A stretch of DNA of 64,000 nucleotides from an uncultured Collinsella sp. (GTDB lineage: Bacteria > Actinomycetota > Coriobacteriia > Coriobacteriales > Coriobacteriaceae). Location: assembly GCA_900757185.1 (NCBI GenBank), contig CAAEMX010000060.1:72610-136609 (forward strand), given 5' to 3'. The position numbers and the translations under genes were made by a program. The notes beneath the pieces are model-generated. The model saw only the letters and a list, made by a program, of their open reading frames with translations. It searched no databases and had not been told where the DNA came from. Positions 1 to 9,647 of the stretch are shown here, in pieces (the stretch's first letter is position 1; each line of letters opens with the position of its first letter).

Positions 1-106
1 TGAGTTCTCGGAGAACGATCTGCTCAACATCCGTAACTTCGGTGTTAAGTCGATCGAGGAAGTGAAGGACAAGCTTGAGTCCATGGGCCTGAGCCTGAAG
101 GCTTAA
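1..106 (+). CDS. rpoA: DNA-directed RNA polymerase alpha subunit, C-terminal end (partial; 5' end outside window)
   Basis: Frame +2 translates to ...[30 protein letters not shown], which is typical of the alpha-CTD tail. It lies immediately upstream of rplQ, the conserved rpoA-rplQ synteny. Confidence 0.7.
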   Translation, partial: EFSENDLLNIRNFGVKSIEEVKDKLESMGLSLKA

Positions 107-136
107 TGCTTCGCATATTTGAGGAGAAACTAGACC

Positions 137-604
137 ATGCGTCACAACGTTAAGAAGGGCCTGAAGCTCGGCACCGATGCGAGCCACACCAAGGCCATGA
201 AGAAGAGCCTTGCTAAGGCCCTCTTCGAGAACGACCGCATCAAGACCACCGAGACCCGCGCTAAGGCGCTGCGTTCGGTCGTCGACCCGATCATCACTTG
301 GGCCAAGAAGGGCGACCTGCACTCTCGTCGTCTGGCTATCGCCAAGCTCGGCGATAAGCAGCTCGTTGCCGAGATTTTCGACAAGGCTGCTCAGGGCATG
401 TGGCAGGACCGCAACGGCGGTTACACCCGCATCATGAAGCTCGGTAACCGTAAGGGCGACAACGCTCCTATCGTTATCATGGAGCTCGTCACCGAGCCTT
501 GCACGCCTAAGGCCAAGAAGGCTGCTCCGGCCCCCAAGAAGGCCGCTGCTCCCAAGAAGGTCGAGGCCGTCGAGGAGGCTCCTGCTGAGGAGACCGCTGA
601 GTAG
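137..604 (+). CDS. rplQ: 50S ribosomal protein L17 with Lys/Ala/Pro-rich C-terminal extension
   Basis: The L17 core is MRHNVKKGLKLGTDASHTKAMKK...GGYTRIMKLGNRKGDNAPI, and a GAGGAG RBS lies 8 nt upstream. The C-terminal tail KAKKAAPAPKKAAAPKKVEAVEE is low-complexity. Confidence 0.9.
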   Translation: MRHNVKKGLKLGTDASHTKAMKKSLAKALFENDRIKTTETRAKALRSVVDPIITWAKKGDLHSRRLAIAKLGDKQLVAEIFDKAAQGMWQDRNGGYTRIMKLGNRKGDNAPIVIMELVTEPCTPKAKKAAPAPKKAAAPKKVEAVEEAPAEETAE

Positions 605-630
605 ACAATTCGTCTGCATAGGCTATATTC

Positions 631-662
631 GAGGGGTACGTTCGCGTACCCCTCTTTTTTTG
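631..662 (+). terminator. Rho-independent terminator after rplQ
   Basis: The GC hairpin gaggggtacgttcgcgtacccctc is followed by TTTTTTTT. Confidence 0.65.
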
Positions 663-696
663 TCGCGATACCGTTGATTGTTTGTTGGGAGCGCCC

Positions 697-1521
697 ATGA
701 CTGCGCCGTCTGATTTCAATTCGATTTCCGAGCTTGACGCCACGCTCGTATTTCGCGTGGCCTATGATGGCTCATCGTATAGCGGATTTGCCGAGCAGCC
801 GGGACAGACGACGGTTGCGGGTGAGCTACGTCGAGCCATCGAGACGCTGCTTCGCCGCCCGATTGATCTGACGTGCGCGGGGCGTACCGATGCCGGCGTA
901 CATGCCGTGGCTCAGTACATCAGTGTGCCCGTAACGGACGCTGAGCTCGCGTGTACGCGCCGTAGGTGGCTGCGGGCTATGGATGCCCTGCTGCCCAAAG
1001 ACATCGCCATAAACGAGGTCTGCAGGGCCCGTAAGGGCTTTTCTGCACGCTTTGACGCGCGTTCCCGTACGTATACGTACCGTATTGCCGATCGCGATGC
1101 ACGCCCCGTGCTGTCACGCGGTGCTGTGTGGTGGCATCGCTATCCCCTCGACGTCGATGCGATGGCGGCCGCCTGCCCTGCGCTTTTGGGCGAGCAGGAC
1201 TTTAAAAGCTTTTGCAAGGTTGCCTCTGCCGTGGGCAAACCTACGCACCGCTGCGTAATGCGCGCCGAGTTTGGCCATGAGGTTGCGTTTGGCGAGAACA
1301 TCCTGACGTTTACCATCGAGGGCAATGCGTTTCTGCATTCGATGGTCCGTACGATCGTTGGCACGCTTGTCGAGATTGGCATGCATCGCCGTGAACCCGA
1401 GTGGATGCGCGAGGTCATCGATGCTTGCGATCGTACCGCTGCGGGCCCCACGGCTCCTGCCTGCGGCCTTACGTTTATGGGCGTGGATTACGATCCCGCC
1501 GAGCTTGTCGTGCTCGACTAG
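697..1521 (+). CDS. truA: tRNA pseudouridine(38-40) synthase TruA
   Basis: Contains the TruA motifs FRVAYDGSSYSGF...GRTDAGVHA. The track ORF starts at TTG 682, and ATG 697 is the more likely start. Confidence 0.85.
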   Translation: MTAPSDFNSISELDATLVFRVAYDGSSYSGFAEQPGQTTVAGELRRAIETLLRRPIDLTCAGRTDAGVHAVAQYISVPVTDAELACTRRRWLRAMDALLPKDIAINEVCRARKGFSARFDARSRTYTYRIADRDARPVLSRGAVWWHRYPLDVDAMAAACPALLGEQDFKSFCKVASAVGKPTHRCVMRAEFGHEVAFGENILTFTIEGNAFLHSMVRTIVGTLVEIGMHRREPEWMREVIDACDRTAAGPTAPACGLTFMGVDYDPAELVVLD

Positions 1522-1682
1522 GGGAGGGCTTGACGTGTCGTGCGTCGACACCTGTCATCTGTGGGCTGCGCGTGTGCAACATCTGTTCTTGGCGTGCAAT
1601 GCAATCGGTGTCTCATTGCTTTTATTGCCGGGGTGTACCATGAACCACGGTTTGATTCATTGCTGTCGAGAGGACGGATAAT

Positions 1683-2723
1683 TTGGTTCGACGTGGTTCG
1701 CATCCGCGACTTTCGGTGATCCTTGTGGTAGAAGGTTCGCCCAGCTATGCGATGCGTGCGCTCGAGAGTATCCAGAACCAAGACCTCTATGATTTGCAGA
1801 TTGTCGTTGTCTGCCGCGATGCTGCGCCCGGTGTGCGCCATTCGCTTCAAGTTGCTGCCGACAGGGACATCCATATTGATTTGATTGACGTCGAGGACGC
1901 GAAGCGCGGCGCTTGTCTTCGTGCCGGTTTTGATGCCTCGCGCGGCTCTCAAATCATCGCCATGAACGCCGATGAGTGGTTTGCTCCGCAGGCCCTTTCC
2001 AAGATGGTCGATATCGCGTGCGATACTGCGGCAGACATTGTGCTCCCCTCGGTGTCGCTCGATCGATACGATGCGCATCGCGAGCGTCATTCGCGCGTCT
2101 TGGATGCTGCCTCTATTGCCATAGAAGACGAGTCTTCTATGGTGACTGGGCTGCCCCAGTTGATTTTGGGCGGCCTAGTCGCTCAGACCTCTGGCGTGAT
2201 GTATAGCCGTCCGCTGTTTGAGGCATGCCTGTCGCGCGGCAAGGCGTACCGTACGGTTGAGTTTATGGCTTATGCGCTCTCGCAGGCACGATTCGTGTCC
2301 GGCTGCGGCGACGCTTGTTTCCACGCGGCGGCACCTAAGCTTACAGATGCCTTTGATCCCACCATGTATGCCAGGATATCCGATGACACTCGAGCGCTCG
2401 ACGAGCTTGCGGACTCACTCTCGGAAGCAGATAGCGGTGGTCGGCTCAAGCTGGCAAGCCAAAAGTTCTACTTTGCCGGACTGGTCGCCTGCATCGAGAA
2501 TTTGTGTCTGAGCCCGCATGGGGTGTCGTCAATCGAGCGTTCCGCCCGCATGCGTGATATGCTCGAGGCGCCTCGAACCCGTCAGATGGTCGCCGCGCTC
2601 AAGGATAACCATCGGGGACTCGGTCTGTTGTTTGGGCCGATCGCCAGCGCCAAGCCCGCGCGCTGCGTGATGTGTACGCATCTGGCAGCTTTTCTTAACC
2701 GGACGGGCGCAAAAACCGCCTAA
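1683..2723 (+). CDS. Glycosyltransferase family 2-like protein (degenerate motif; start uncertain, TTG 1683 / GTG 1717 / ATG 1747)
   Basis: The N-terminus LSVILVVEGSPSYAMRALESIQNQ...LQIVVVC resembles a GT2 beta-strand/DxD region, but the DxD is replaced by CRDAAP. Confidence 0.4.
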   Translation: MVRRGSHPRLSVILVVEGSPSYAMRALESIQNQDLYDLQIVVVCRDAAPGVRHSLQVAADRDIHIDLIDVEDAKRGACLRAGFDASRGSQIIAMNADEWFAPQALSKMVDIACDTAADIVLPSVSLDRYDAHRERHSRVLDAASIAIEDESSMVTGLPQLILGGLVAQTSGVMYSRPLFEACLSRGKAYRTVEFMAYALSQARFVSGCGDACFHAAAPKLTDAFDPTMYARISDDTRALDELADSLSEADSGGRLKLASQKFYFAGLVACIENLCLSPHGVSSIERSARMRDMLEAPRTRQMVAALKDNHRGLGLLFGPIASAKPARCVMCTHLAAFLNRTGAKTA

Positions 2724-2855
2724 ACGGCTCATTACGAAACAAACTTGCATAGAATTGTTTCGAAATGCGTTCTTATACACAAAAGCCTTCAAATAGCGTT
2801 AAACTATTCAATCACTGATTGATTGTCTCCGCCATCTTTTGGAGAGAGGGTTTGT

Positions 2856-3293
2856 ATGGCTAAAAAACGCAATGGGCGCCAGGATGCCATTAGAGATATT
2901 GTGCGCAATAAGGATGTCCGCACGCAGCGCGTGCTGGTCGATGAGCTCCGTGCTATGGGCTTTGATTGCACGCAGGCGACTGTCTCTCGCGATATTGCCG
3001 ATATGGGGCTGCGTAAGCTCCCTGAGGGCATCTATGTTCTGGCAGAGGACCTGCACCTGCAGCGTATGGTTTCCGAGCTCGTAACGGGCGTTCTGCGTAC
3101 TGATAATCTGGTTATGATCAAGGCTCAGCCTGGCACGGCTTCCGGCATCGCCGCCGCCGTTGATGCGGCAGAGTTACCCGATGTGCTTGGCTCGCTTGCC
3201 GGCAACGATACGATTTTGGTTATTGCCCAGACGGCCGAGGACGGCGAGCGTCTCGAGGCGCTGATCAATAAGTTGAGCAATTCTCGCAAGTAG
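2856..3293 (+). CDS. argR: Arginine repressor ArgR
   Basis: MAKKRNGRQDAIRDIVRNKDVRTQRVLVDELRAMGFDCTQATVSRDIADMGL matches the ArgR winged-helix N-domain. The C-terminal oligomerisation domain contains GTIAGDDT-like SLAGNDTILVIA. Confidence 0.85.
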   Translation: MAKKRNGRQDAIRDIVRNKDVRTQRVLVDELRAMGFDCTQATVSRDIADMGLRKLPEGIYVLAEDLHLQRMVSELVTGVLRTDNLVMIKAQPGTASGIAAAVDAAELPDVLGSLAGNDTILVIAQTAEDGERLEALINKLSNSRK

Positions 3294-3417
3294 GTGTGCG
3301 GGTCGTGCGCTCGGCATTGTGTGCGCTGACATAGTGGCTTGTAAGGGGCATCGACGTTGGTCGGTACCCCTTTTTGTTTGCCGGTATAAAGACCGCCCAC
3401 CAGGTCGCTTCAAACTA

Positions 3418-3456
3418 AAAGGCCCCGAGCAGTTCAATAAGCTGCTCGGGGCCTTG
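3418..3456. terminator. Bidirectional terminator hairpin between convergent argR (+) and the PBP (-)
   Basis: aaaaggccccgagcag-ttcaataa-gctgctcggggcctt is a 14-bp stem flanked by A-run and T-run. Confidence 0.5.
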
Positions 3457-3477
3457 TTGGCTTTAGTCGCGTACTTC

Positions 3478-5700
3478 TTAGCCGACCGTATCGTCAGGCG
3501 TGGGCGAGGGGTCGGGAGTGGGCGTAGGCGTAGGCGTAGGCGTAGGCGTAGGCGTAGGCGTAGGCGTAGGCGTGCCGCCATCGCCGCCGGTCGAACCACC
3601 AGTGGAGCCACCCGTCGAGCCACCGGTCGTACCGGTGCCGCCGGTGGTGTCGCCGCCCGTGGTCTCGGTGGTCGTGGTCGTCGTGGTAGTCGTTGTGGTG
3701 GTTTCCTCTTCCTCTTCGTCCTTGTCGTCGTTCTCCGACTTCTTGGTGTTGTTGGTGCCGTAGAACTTCCAGACGCTGTTGTTCTTGTAGGTGGGCGCCG
3801 TTCCGGTCGCAAACTCCTCGCGCTCGGTACCGGTCAGAACGGTGTTCATAAACCGCTTAAAGACAGGCAGGTTGGTGCTGTCTCCCAGCAGGTCCGTGCC
3901 GTACTTTTGGATGGGGATCTCGCCCGCGGAATAGCCGGTCCACAGGGCGCATGCCAGCTGCGGGGTATAGCCGCAGAACCACAGGTTGGTGGTGTTGTCG
4001 GTGGTGCCCGTCTTGCCGGCATAGGGCTGGTTGACACTCAGGGCGCCGGCAGCACCCGTACCGCTGCCCTTCATGACGCCGGACAGAACATCGGTGACCG
4101 CGGCGGCCTCGCCCTCGGTAAGCACCTGTGAGGGATTGTCGGTGTGCTGGTACAGCACCGAACCGGTACGAGAGTCAATCTCGGTGATGGCGATCGGCTG
4201 GCGATAGTAGCCGCCGTTGGCAAACGTCGCGTAGGCGGCGGCCATCTCGAGCGGCGAGATCGAGCCGGTGCCGAGGGTCATGACGGGAACGTCCTCGATG
4301 TTGTCCTTGGCGGGGTCGATGCCGAGCTTTTTGACGAGCGAGATGATCTTGCTGTTGCCGACGGCTTCCGCCACCTGGATGTAGCCGGTGTTGGAGGAGT
4401 ATGCCGTCGCCTGCTTAAGCGTGATGTTGCCATAGCTCTGGTTGGCGTAGTTTTGTACCTCGGTTGTGGTGCCCTTGGCCTTGAGCGGCGAGTTGCAGTT
4501 GAGGGTGACGTTGGGGTTCATGCCGTTTTGGATGGCAGTTGCCAGCGTAAAGGCCTTAAAGGTGGAGCCGACGGGACGCTTGGCCGTGGCATGGTTTACG
4601 TGGTTCTCGTCGGCGTTGTAGTCGTAGCCGCCCACCATGCACTTGATGTAGCCGGTCTTGGGGTCGACGACGACCATGCCCATGTCCAGGCCGTCAAGCG
4701 AGAGCGTGTCGAGCTGCTCGCGGACGGCATTCTCTGCCACCTGCTGCATCGTGGGGTCGATGGTGGTCTTGACGGTCAGGCCGCCCTTAAAGAGCACGTC
4801 GGTCGAGAACTCCTGCTCCAGTAGCTGCTTGACGTAGGAGACAAAGTAGGGCTGCGAGTATACGTCGACGCCGCTGCCCGAGATTTCGGTCACGTTGAGG
4901 GTGATGGGCTCGGCCTGTGCGGCATCGTGCTCCTCCTGGGTGATGTGGCCCAGGCGCAGCATGTTGTCGAGAACCTTGTTGCGGCGAGACAGTGCCAGAT
5001 CGGGGTTGACCGTGGGGTCGTACTGCGAAGGCGAGTTGGGAAGGCCGATGAGCAGCGCGGCCTCGCTGAGGGTGAGGTCGGCGGCGCTCTTGGACAGATA
5101 GGTCTCGGCTGCGGCCTCGATGCCGTAGGCGCCGTGGCCGTAATAGATGGTGTTGAGGTACATCATGAGGATCTCGTCTTTGGAGTACATGTCCTCCATC
5201 TTGATGGCGATGTAGGCCTCGCGCACCTTACGCTCAATGGTCGAGTCGAACTGCTCCTCCTGCAGGATGGTGTTGCGCACAAGCTGCTGGGTGATAGTCG
5301 AGGCGCCTTCGTGCCCGCCACCGAGGGTTGCCACCGCAGCACGCGCGATACCCCACAGGTCGATACCGCCGTGCTCGTAGAAGCGCTCGTCCTCGACGTC
5401 AACGGTGCCCTGCAGCACGTAGGGGGAGACCTCGTCCTTGGTGATAGACTTGCGGTTTTGCGTGTAGAAGCTCGCGATCTTGTTGCCGTTGCAGTCGACG
5501 ATCTCGGTGGGCTCGCTCACCAGATACGCGTTGGCGTCGGTGTAGTCGGGCAGATCGGACAGCCAGCGGTTGACGTTGCCGACCATGCCGATGCCAAATG
5601 CCACGCCCGCAATCAGCAGAAAGCCCAAAAACGAGAGCAGGATTATGGGCAGAGCATGCGTCTTTGAACGGCTGCGTCCCTGTCGTTGGCGAGGACCCAT
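3478..5700 (-). CDS. Class A penicillin-binding protein (transglycosylase/transpeptidase) with C-terminal Thr/Pro/Gly/Ser low-complexity tail
   Basis: N-terminal TM anchor, GT51 motifs (EDERFYEHGGID, TITQQL) and transpeptidase motifs (STFK, SSN, KTGT). The start MGPRQRQ at 5700 has a GGAGG RBS. The tail is (TP)n, (GGST)n and poly-T/E. Confidence 0.85.
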   Translation of the reverse strand: MGPRQRQGRSRSKTHALPIILLSFLGFLLIAGVAFGIGMVGNVNRWLSDLPDYTDANAYLVSEPTEIVDCNGNKIASFYTQNRKSITKDEVSPYVLQGTVDVEDERFYEHGGIDLWGIARAAVATLGGGHEGASTITQQLVRNTILQEEQFDSTIERKVREAYIAIKMEDMYSKDEILMMYLNTIYYGHGAYGIEAAAETYLSKSAADLTLSEAALLIGLPNSPSQYDPTVNPDLALSRRNKVLDNMLRLGHITQEEHDAAQAEPITLNVTEISGSGVDVYSQPYFVSYVKQLLEQEFSTDVLFKGGLTVKTTIDPTMQQVAENAVREQLDTLSLDGLDMGMVVVDPKTGYIKCMVGGYDYNADENHVNHATAKRPVGSTFKAFTLATAIQNGMNPNVTLNCNSPLKAKGTTTEVQNYANQSYGNITLKQATAYSSNTGYIQVAEAVGNSKIISLVKKLGIDPAKDNIEDVPVMTLGTGSISPLEMAAAYATFANGGYYRQPIAITEIDSRTGSVLYQHTDNPSQVLTEGEAAAVTDVLSGVMKGSGTGAAGALSVNQPYAGKTGTTDNTTNLWFCGYTPQLACALWTGYSAGEIPIQKYGTDLLGDSTNLPVFKRFMNTVLTGTEREEFATGTAPTYKNNSVWKFYGTNNTKKSENDDKDEEEEETTTTTTTTTTTTETTGGDTTGGTGTTGGSTGGSTGGSTGGDGGTPTPTPTPTPTPTPTPTPTPDPSPTPDDTVG
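3521..3574. repeat. Hexanucleotide microsatellite (GGCGTA)x8 plus one imperfect unit, inside the PBP 3' coding region
   Basis: Eight perfect tandem GGCGTA units span 3521-3568. They encode (Thr-Pro)n on the minus strand. The wider low-complexity block is 3500-3720. Confidence 0.9.
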
Positions 5701-5862
5701 ATATTGACCTCCAGGTATGTCGTGCCGGACGGTGGATGTGCCGTCGGGGCAGGATGGACATAAGTTATTACACGATAAACCAAACGGGGCGCGCGAGGCC
5801 TCGTGTATGCTGGAAGACGGCATTTTTCAGAGTGAATGCATACCTTGGTAAGGAGTTTGTCG

Positions 5863-7839
5863 ATGGCGATTCGGACGATGGGGCCGAGCGGACAATACGA
5901 GACTGGATTGGATGCTGCCGGTGCGGCGCTGCCCGAGCTGCTGGCGCCGGCGGGCGGACTCGACCAGATGCTTGCGGCCATCGCCGCGGGTGCCGATGCC
6001 ATCTATGCGGGGTTGGGCGGCTTTAACGCCCGTGTGAGCGCCCATGGCTTTACGGATAACGAGTTTGCGCGCGGCTGCGCCGTGGCGCATGCCCATGGCG
6101 TGCGTGTGTACGTAACGCTCAACGTGTTCGTGTTTGACGATGAGTTGTCCGACGCGGTGGCGTTGGGAGCTCATGCACTGGAGCTGGGCGCCGATGCTCT
6201 GATTGTCGCCGATGCCGGGTTGGCCTGCGCGCTGCGCGCGGCGATTCCCGGGGTCGAGATTCACCTGTCCACGCAGGCGGGCGCTCATAGCGAGGGTGCC
6301 GTGCGGCTTGCCGCCGATGAGCTGGGGGTCGAGCGCGTGACGACGGCACGCGAGCTGACGGTCGACGAGATTGCGGCGCTATGTGCCACGGGCGTGCCCA
6401 TCGAGGTATTCTGCCACGGTGCGATTTGCATCGGCTATTCGGGGGCGTGCGAGTTCTCGGCCTTGCGGCGTGGGCGCTCGGCGATGCGCGGCGACTGCAC
6501 GCAGCCGTGCCGTCTGGCGTACGACCTAGTGGACGAGGCGGGGCAGAGTGTTGTTGCCGTCGAGGGAGACCGCCTGCTTTGTCCGCGTGACTATCTGGGT
6601 ATCGCGCACCTGCCCGAGCTTGTTGCCACCGGCGTGGCATCGCTCAAGATCGAGGGGCGCATGAAGAACCCCGATTACGTATTCAACGTGGTGCGGGTTT
6701 GGCGCCGGGCGCTCGATATGCTGCGCGACGGCGCGTGGGACCCCGGTGCCGTGGAAGAGCTTGAGCGCGAGCTGGGAAGGTCGTTTAACCGTGGGTTTAC
6801 CGATGCGTACCTGCGAGGGCGTTCGGGTGCCGAGCTGATGAGCTTTGAGCGTGCAATTAACCAGGGCGTGCGCGTGGGGCGCTTGGTCGCTGTGGGCCAC
6901 GAAGAGGTGACCGTTGAGCTCGATGCCGCCGTGGCGGCGGGTGACACGCTCGAGATTCGGTTCTATCCGGGCGTCGACGCGCGCCCCGATGTGCCCAAGC
7001 GCTGGCCGCAGGTGCCCTGCCCGGTGGATGCCGCAGCGGGGAAGCGCGTCGTCGTGCATTGCAAGCGTAAGGTGGACGCGGGCTGCGAGGTATACCTGAT
7101 TCGCAGCGCCGGCGTGTTGGATCAGACAGCGGCGGTGTTGGAGCGCATGCGGGCCGAGGCGGATGCGATTGCACCCGTTGCGCGCGCCGTTGAGGTGCTG
7201 CCCTTTGAGGACGTTGCGGTGGATGGCGGTGCGTCGACGGAGTTGGCGGGGTCGGCGGGGCCGGCAAAGCGCGAGGATTTTGCTCGTATGGTCTTTGCCT
7301 GGGAGCTGATGGATGTGGGTCCGCGCGATGAGCGAGATCTGTCCGATACAACGGTGGTGCTCGACGAAGTGTGCCGCGCGGGCGACGCCGAGCGGACTCG
7401 GGCGCTTATGCAGCGTGCCGGGCGCGTCGTCTGCCGCAATCTGGGACAAGTGGCGATGGCCCGCGAGCTGGGCACAACGTTTGACGTGGCGGCGCCGGTG
7501 TTCTGTGCCAATCGGGCCACGCTTACCTGGCTGCGCGGACTCGGTGCGGGGCGGGTGTGCTTGTCGGCCGAGTTGCTCGGCAATGATGCGGAGCGTGTTG
7601 CCGAACTTGCCGCTTGCCCCGGTGTCTTGGGGCCTGTCGATGCCGACCGTCCCGAGCTCATGGTGTGCGAGCACTGCTTGCTGACTGCCGAGGGCGCCTG
7701 CGCCACGGATGCAACGGGGCAGGTCCGTTGCCGTGACTGCTCGCGCCGTCAGCAGGCGCGCTTTTTGGTCGAACGTGACGGCACGCGTTTGCCGGTCGTT
7801 ATCGACGCGTGCGGCAGGACGAGGATTTTCCTGTCGTAG
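5863..7839 (+). CDS. Peptidase U32 family protein (long form, collagenase-like)
   Basis: ELLAPAGGLDQMLAAIAAGADAIY...FNARVSAHGF...CHGAICIGYSGACEFS matches the U32 family signature. An AAGGAG RBS lies 7 nt upstream. Confidence 0.8.
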   Translation: MAIRTMGPSGQYETGLDAAGAALPELLAPAGGLDQMLAAIAAGADAIYAGLGGFNARVSAHGFTDNEFARGCAVAHAHGVRVYVTLNVFVFDDELSDAVALGAHALELGADALIVADAGLACALRAAIPGVEIHLSTQAGAHSEGAVRLAADELGVERVTTARELTVDEIAALCATGVPIEVFCHGAICIGYSGACEFSALRRGRSAMRGDCTQPCRLAYDLVDEAGQSVVAVEGDRLLCPRDYLGIAHLPELVATGVASLKIEGRMKNPDYVFNVVRVWRRALDMLRDGAWDPGAVEELERELGRSFNRGFTDAYLRGRSGAELMSFERAINQGVRVGRLVAVGHEEVTVELDAAVAAGDTLEIRFYPGVDARPDVPKRWPQVPCPVDAAAGKRVVVHCKRKVDAGCEVYLIRSAGVLDQTAAVLERMRAEADAIAPVARAVEVLPFEDVAVDGGASTELAGSAGPAKREDFARMVFAWELMDVGPRDERDLSDTTVVLDEVCRAGDAERTRALMQRAGRVVCRNLGQVAMARELGTTFDVAAPVFCANRATLTWLRGLGAGRVCLSAELLGNDAERVAELAACPGVLGPVDADRPELMVCEHCLLTAEGACATDATGQVRCRDCSRRQQARFLVERDGTRLPVVIDACGRTRIFLS

Positions 7840-7936
7840 GTGCCGCGTCGCGCTGTTTTGGTTATTATTAATGGGTTTATGAACTTCCAGCACCGCCGTA
7901 TCCGGTGAGGGTGCTATAGCAAAAGGAGGATACCCA

Positions 7937-9148
7937 ATGCTGTCTGTTGACGAGCAAATGCGTATCATCACCTCGGGTGCAGCGCAGATCGTCCCCGAGG
8001 CCGACCTTCGCAAGAAGCTTGAGAAGGGCGAGCCCCTCAACATCAAGCTCGGCGTCGATCCCACCAGCCCCGACCTGCACCTGGGCCATGCCGTGCCCCT
8101 GCGCAAGATGCGTCAGTTCCAGGACCTGGGCCACAACGTCACCCTTATCATCGGCAACGGCACTGCGCTGATCGGCGACCCCTCGGGCAAGAACTCCACC
8201 CGCCCGCAGCTTTCGCAGGAGCAGATCGAGGCCAACGCCGAGACCTACGTGAGCCAGGCCATGAAGATCCTGGACCCCGAGAAGACCACCATCGTGCACA
8301 ACGGCGACTGGATCCTTTCGATGGACCTGGCCGGCCTGCTGCAGGTGTGCTCCAAGTTCACCGTCGCCCGCATCCTTGAGCGCGACGACTTTACCAAGCG
8401 CTACCAGTCCCAGACGCCGATTGCCCTGCACGAGTTTCTGTACCCCGTGATGCAGGCCTTCGACTCCGTTCAGATCAAGGCCGACGTCGAGATGGGCGGC
8501 ACCGACCAGCTCTTCAACCTGCTCGCCGGCCGCGAGCTCATGGAGAAGATGGGCATGGAGCCGCAGATCGCGCTTACCATGCCGCTGCTCGAGGGCACCG
8601 ACGGCGTGCGCAAGATGTCCAAGTCCTATGGCAACTACATCGGCCTGACCGACGCTCCCAAGGATATGTTCGGCAAGACCATGTCCATCCCCGACGAGAT
8701 GATCGGCAAGTACTATCGTCTGGCCAGCTCGCTCGCCCCGGCCGAGGTCGACAAGATCGATGCCGCCCTGGCCGATGGCTCCGCCGACCCCTACGAGCTC
8801 AAGCGCGCTCTAGGCCGCGACCTGTGCGACACCTACCACGGTGCTGGCGCCGGCGACGAGGCTCAGGCCGAGTTCGACCGTGTGTTCAAGGAGGGCCAGC
8901 TTGCCGACTTCCCCGAGAAGCACGTTGAGCTGACCGTCAACGACGAGGGCCAGATTTACCTCGCTGGCCTGCTCAAGGACCTGGGCCTTTCGGCCAGCGC
9001 CGGTCAGGCCCGCCGCGACATCGACGGCGGCGGCGTCAAGATCAACGGCAAGGCTGTGGCTCCCAAGAGCTACAACATCGATCCGAGCGCCCTCAAGCTG
9101 GGCGACACCCTCTCCGTGGGCAAGCGCAAGGGCTTTAAGTTGGTTTAG
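7937..9148 (+). CDS. tyrS: Tyrosine--tRNA ligase
   Basis: The class I HIGH-type motif HLGHAVPL and KMSKS are present, with a C-terminal S4-like domain. An AAAGGAGGA RBS precedes the start. Confidence 0.92.
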   Translation: MLSVDEQMRIITSGAAQIVPEADLRKKLEKGEPLNIKLGVDPTSPDLHLGHAVPLRKMRQFQDLGHNVTLIIGNGTALIGDPSGKNSTRPQLSQEQIEANAETYVSQAMKILDPEKTTIVHNGDWILSMDLAGLLQVCSKFTVARILERDDFTKRYQSQTPIALHEFLYPVMQAFDSVQIKADVEMGGTDQLFNLLAGRELMEKMGMEPQIALTMPLLEGTDGVRKMSKSYGNYIGLTDAPKDMFGKTMSIPDEMIGKYYRLASSLAPAEVDKIDAALADGSADPYELKRALGRDLCDTYHGAGAGDEAQAEFDRVFKEGQLADFPEKHVELTVNDEGQIYLAGLLKDLGLSASAGQARRDIDGGGVKINGKAVAPKSYNIDPSALKLGDTLSVGKRKGFKLV

Positions 9149-9176
9149 TTACGCGGTTTTACCAAACCGCGTAACC
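9149..9176 (+). terminator. Perfect 12-bp-stem hairpin after tyrS (no U-tract; possible terminator or processing site)
   Basis: gttacgcggttt-tacc-aaaccgcgtaac. Confidence 0.35.
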
Positions 9177-9341
9177 GGTTGACGCTGCAACCCCGCCAGA
9201 GCGGCAATCTGCCTTTCAACTTCGGCGGCATGACCAGAAGGTCAATGCCGCCTCGTTTCAAGGCACCTTGCTCGCTCTGGCGGGTTTTCGCTGTCGTTGC
9301 CAAGACATCGGCGCTTCCGTTGTTGTAGGTGGCAGTTAGGT

Positions 9342-9372
9342 GCACTCATTGGGGACAGACTTAAATGAGTGC
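9342..9372. repeat. GGGGAC-loop hairpin element (family copy)
   Basis: Stem gcactcat/atgagtgc with loop tGGGGACAGACTTAA. Confidence 0.6.
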
Positions 9373-9382
9373 CCACAGAATG

Positions 9383-9444
9383 AGAGTGGATAATCTTCCG
9401 TTTTTGGCCTGCTTTGGGGTTCAAAGTGGGAGATTATCCACTCT
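9383..9444. repeat. Perfect 14-bp inverted repeat with 34-nt loop
   Basis: gagagtggataatc ... gattatccactctc. Confidence 0.8.
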
Positions 9445-9452
9445 CATCATTT

Positions 9453-9506
9453 TGCGGCACTTGGGGACGTTCCTTTTGTGCCGGCACTTTGGGACACTCC
9501 TTGTCA
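9453..9506. repeat. Tandem pair of GGGRCRYTCCTT units (gccggcactt-GGGGACGTTCCTTTT / gccggcactt-TGGGACACTCCTTGT)
   Basis: Two roughly 27-bp direct-repeat units. The first also forms the hairpin gcggcac/gtgccgg around the GGGGACGTTCC loop. Confidence 0.7.
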
Positions 9507-9540
9507 TTGGTACAAAGCAACCTGCCCCCATTGCGCCAAG
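9507..9540. repeat. Degenerate ACCTG(T/C)CCCC-loop hairpin (family copy)
   Basis: ggtacaa-agcaACCTGCCCCCa-ttgcgcc. This is nearly identical in architecture to the copy at 58703-58735. Confidence 0.5.
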
Positions 9541-9610
9541 CGGCGTGTGCCGTTAAACGGAGGGGGTGTATTCCCGACCCATCGTTTGGGCATACAATGG
9601 CTATTGTCTT

Positions 9611-9647
9611 GCTGCGGTGAAGGTCTGTCCGCTCCGCAGCTTTTTTC
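9611..9647 (+). promoter_or_regulatory. Terminator-like hairpin plus U-tract inside the ade 5' leader (candidate attenuator / riboswitch expression platform)
   Basis: gctgcgg-tgaaggtctgtccgct-ccgcagc TTTTTT ends 8 nt before the AAAGGAG RBS of ade. Confidence 0.4.

Noticed and set aside
3174-4131. ORFs with poly-Arg / LRLRLR / GVGVGV translations
   Set aside because: These are alternative-frame readings of the (GGCGTA)n and neighbouring short tandem repeats inside the PBP gene. The PBP frame is supported by full-length domain homology.
6526-8106. Long minus-strand ORF (526 aa) antisense to the U32 peptidase and tyrS, and the similar long antisense ORFs 9601-10755, 23669-26761, 29647-30678, 31156-32235, 45292-46737, 47726-50443, 50471-52567 and 52690-53943
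   Set aside because: These are typical high-GC antisense artefacts. They are Arg/Ala/Gly/Pro-rich, have no recognisable domains, have no RBS, and each is completely overlapped by a well-supported gene (U32, tyrS, ade, secA, tkt, ftsE, mntH, gltB, gltD) on the other strand.
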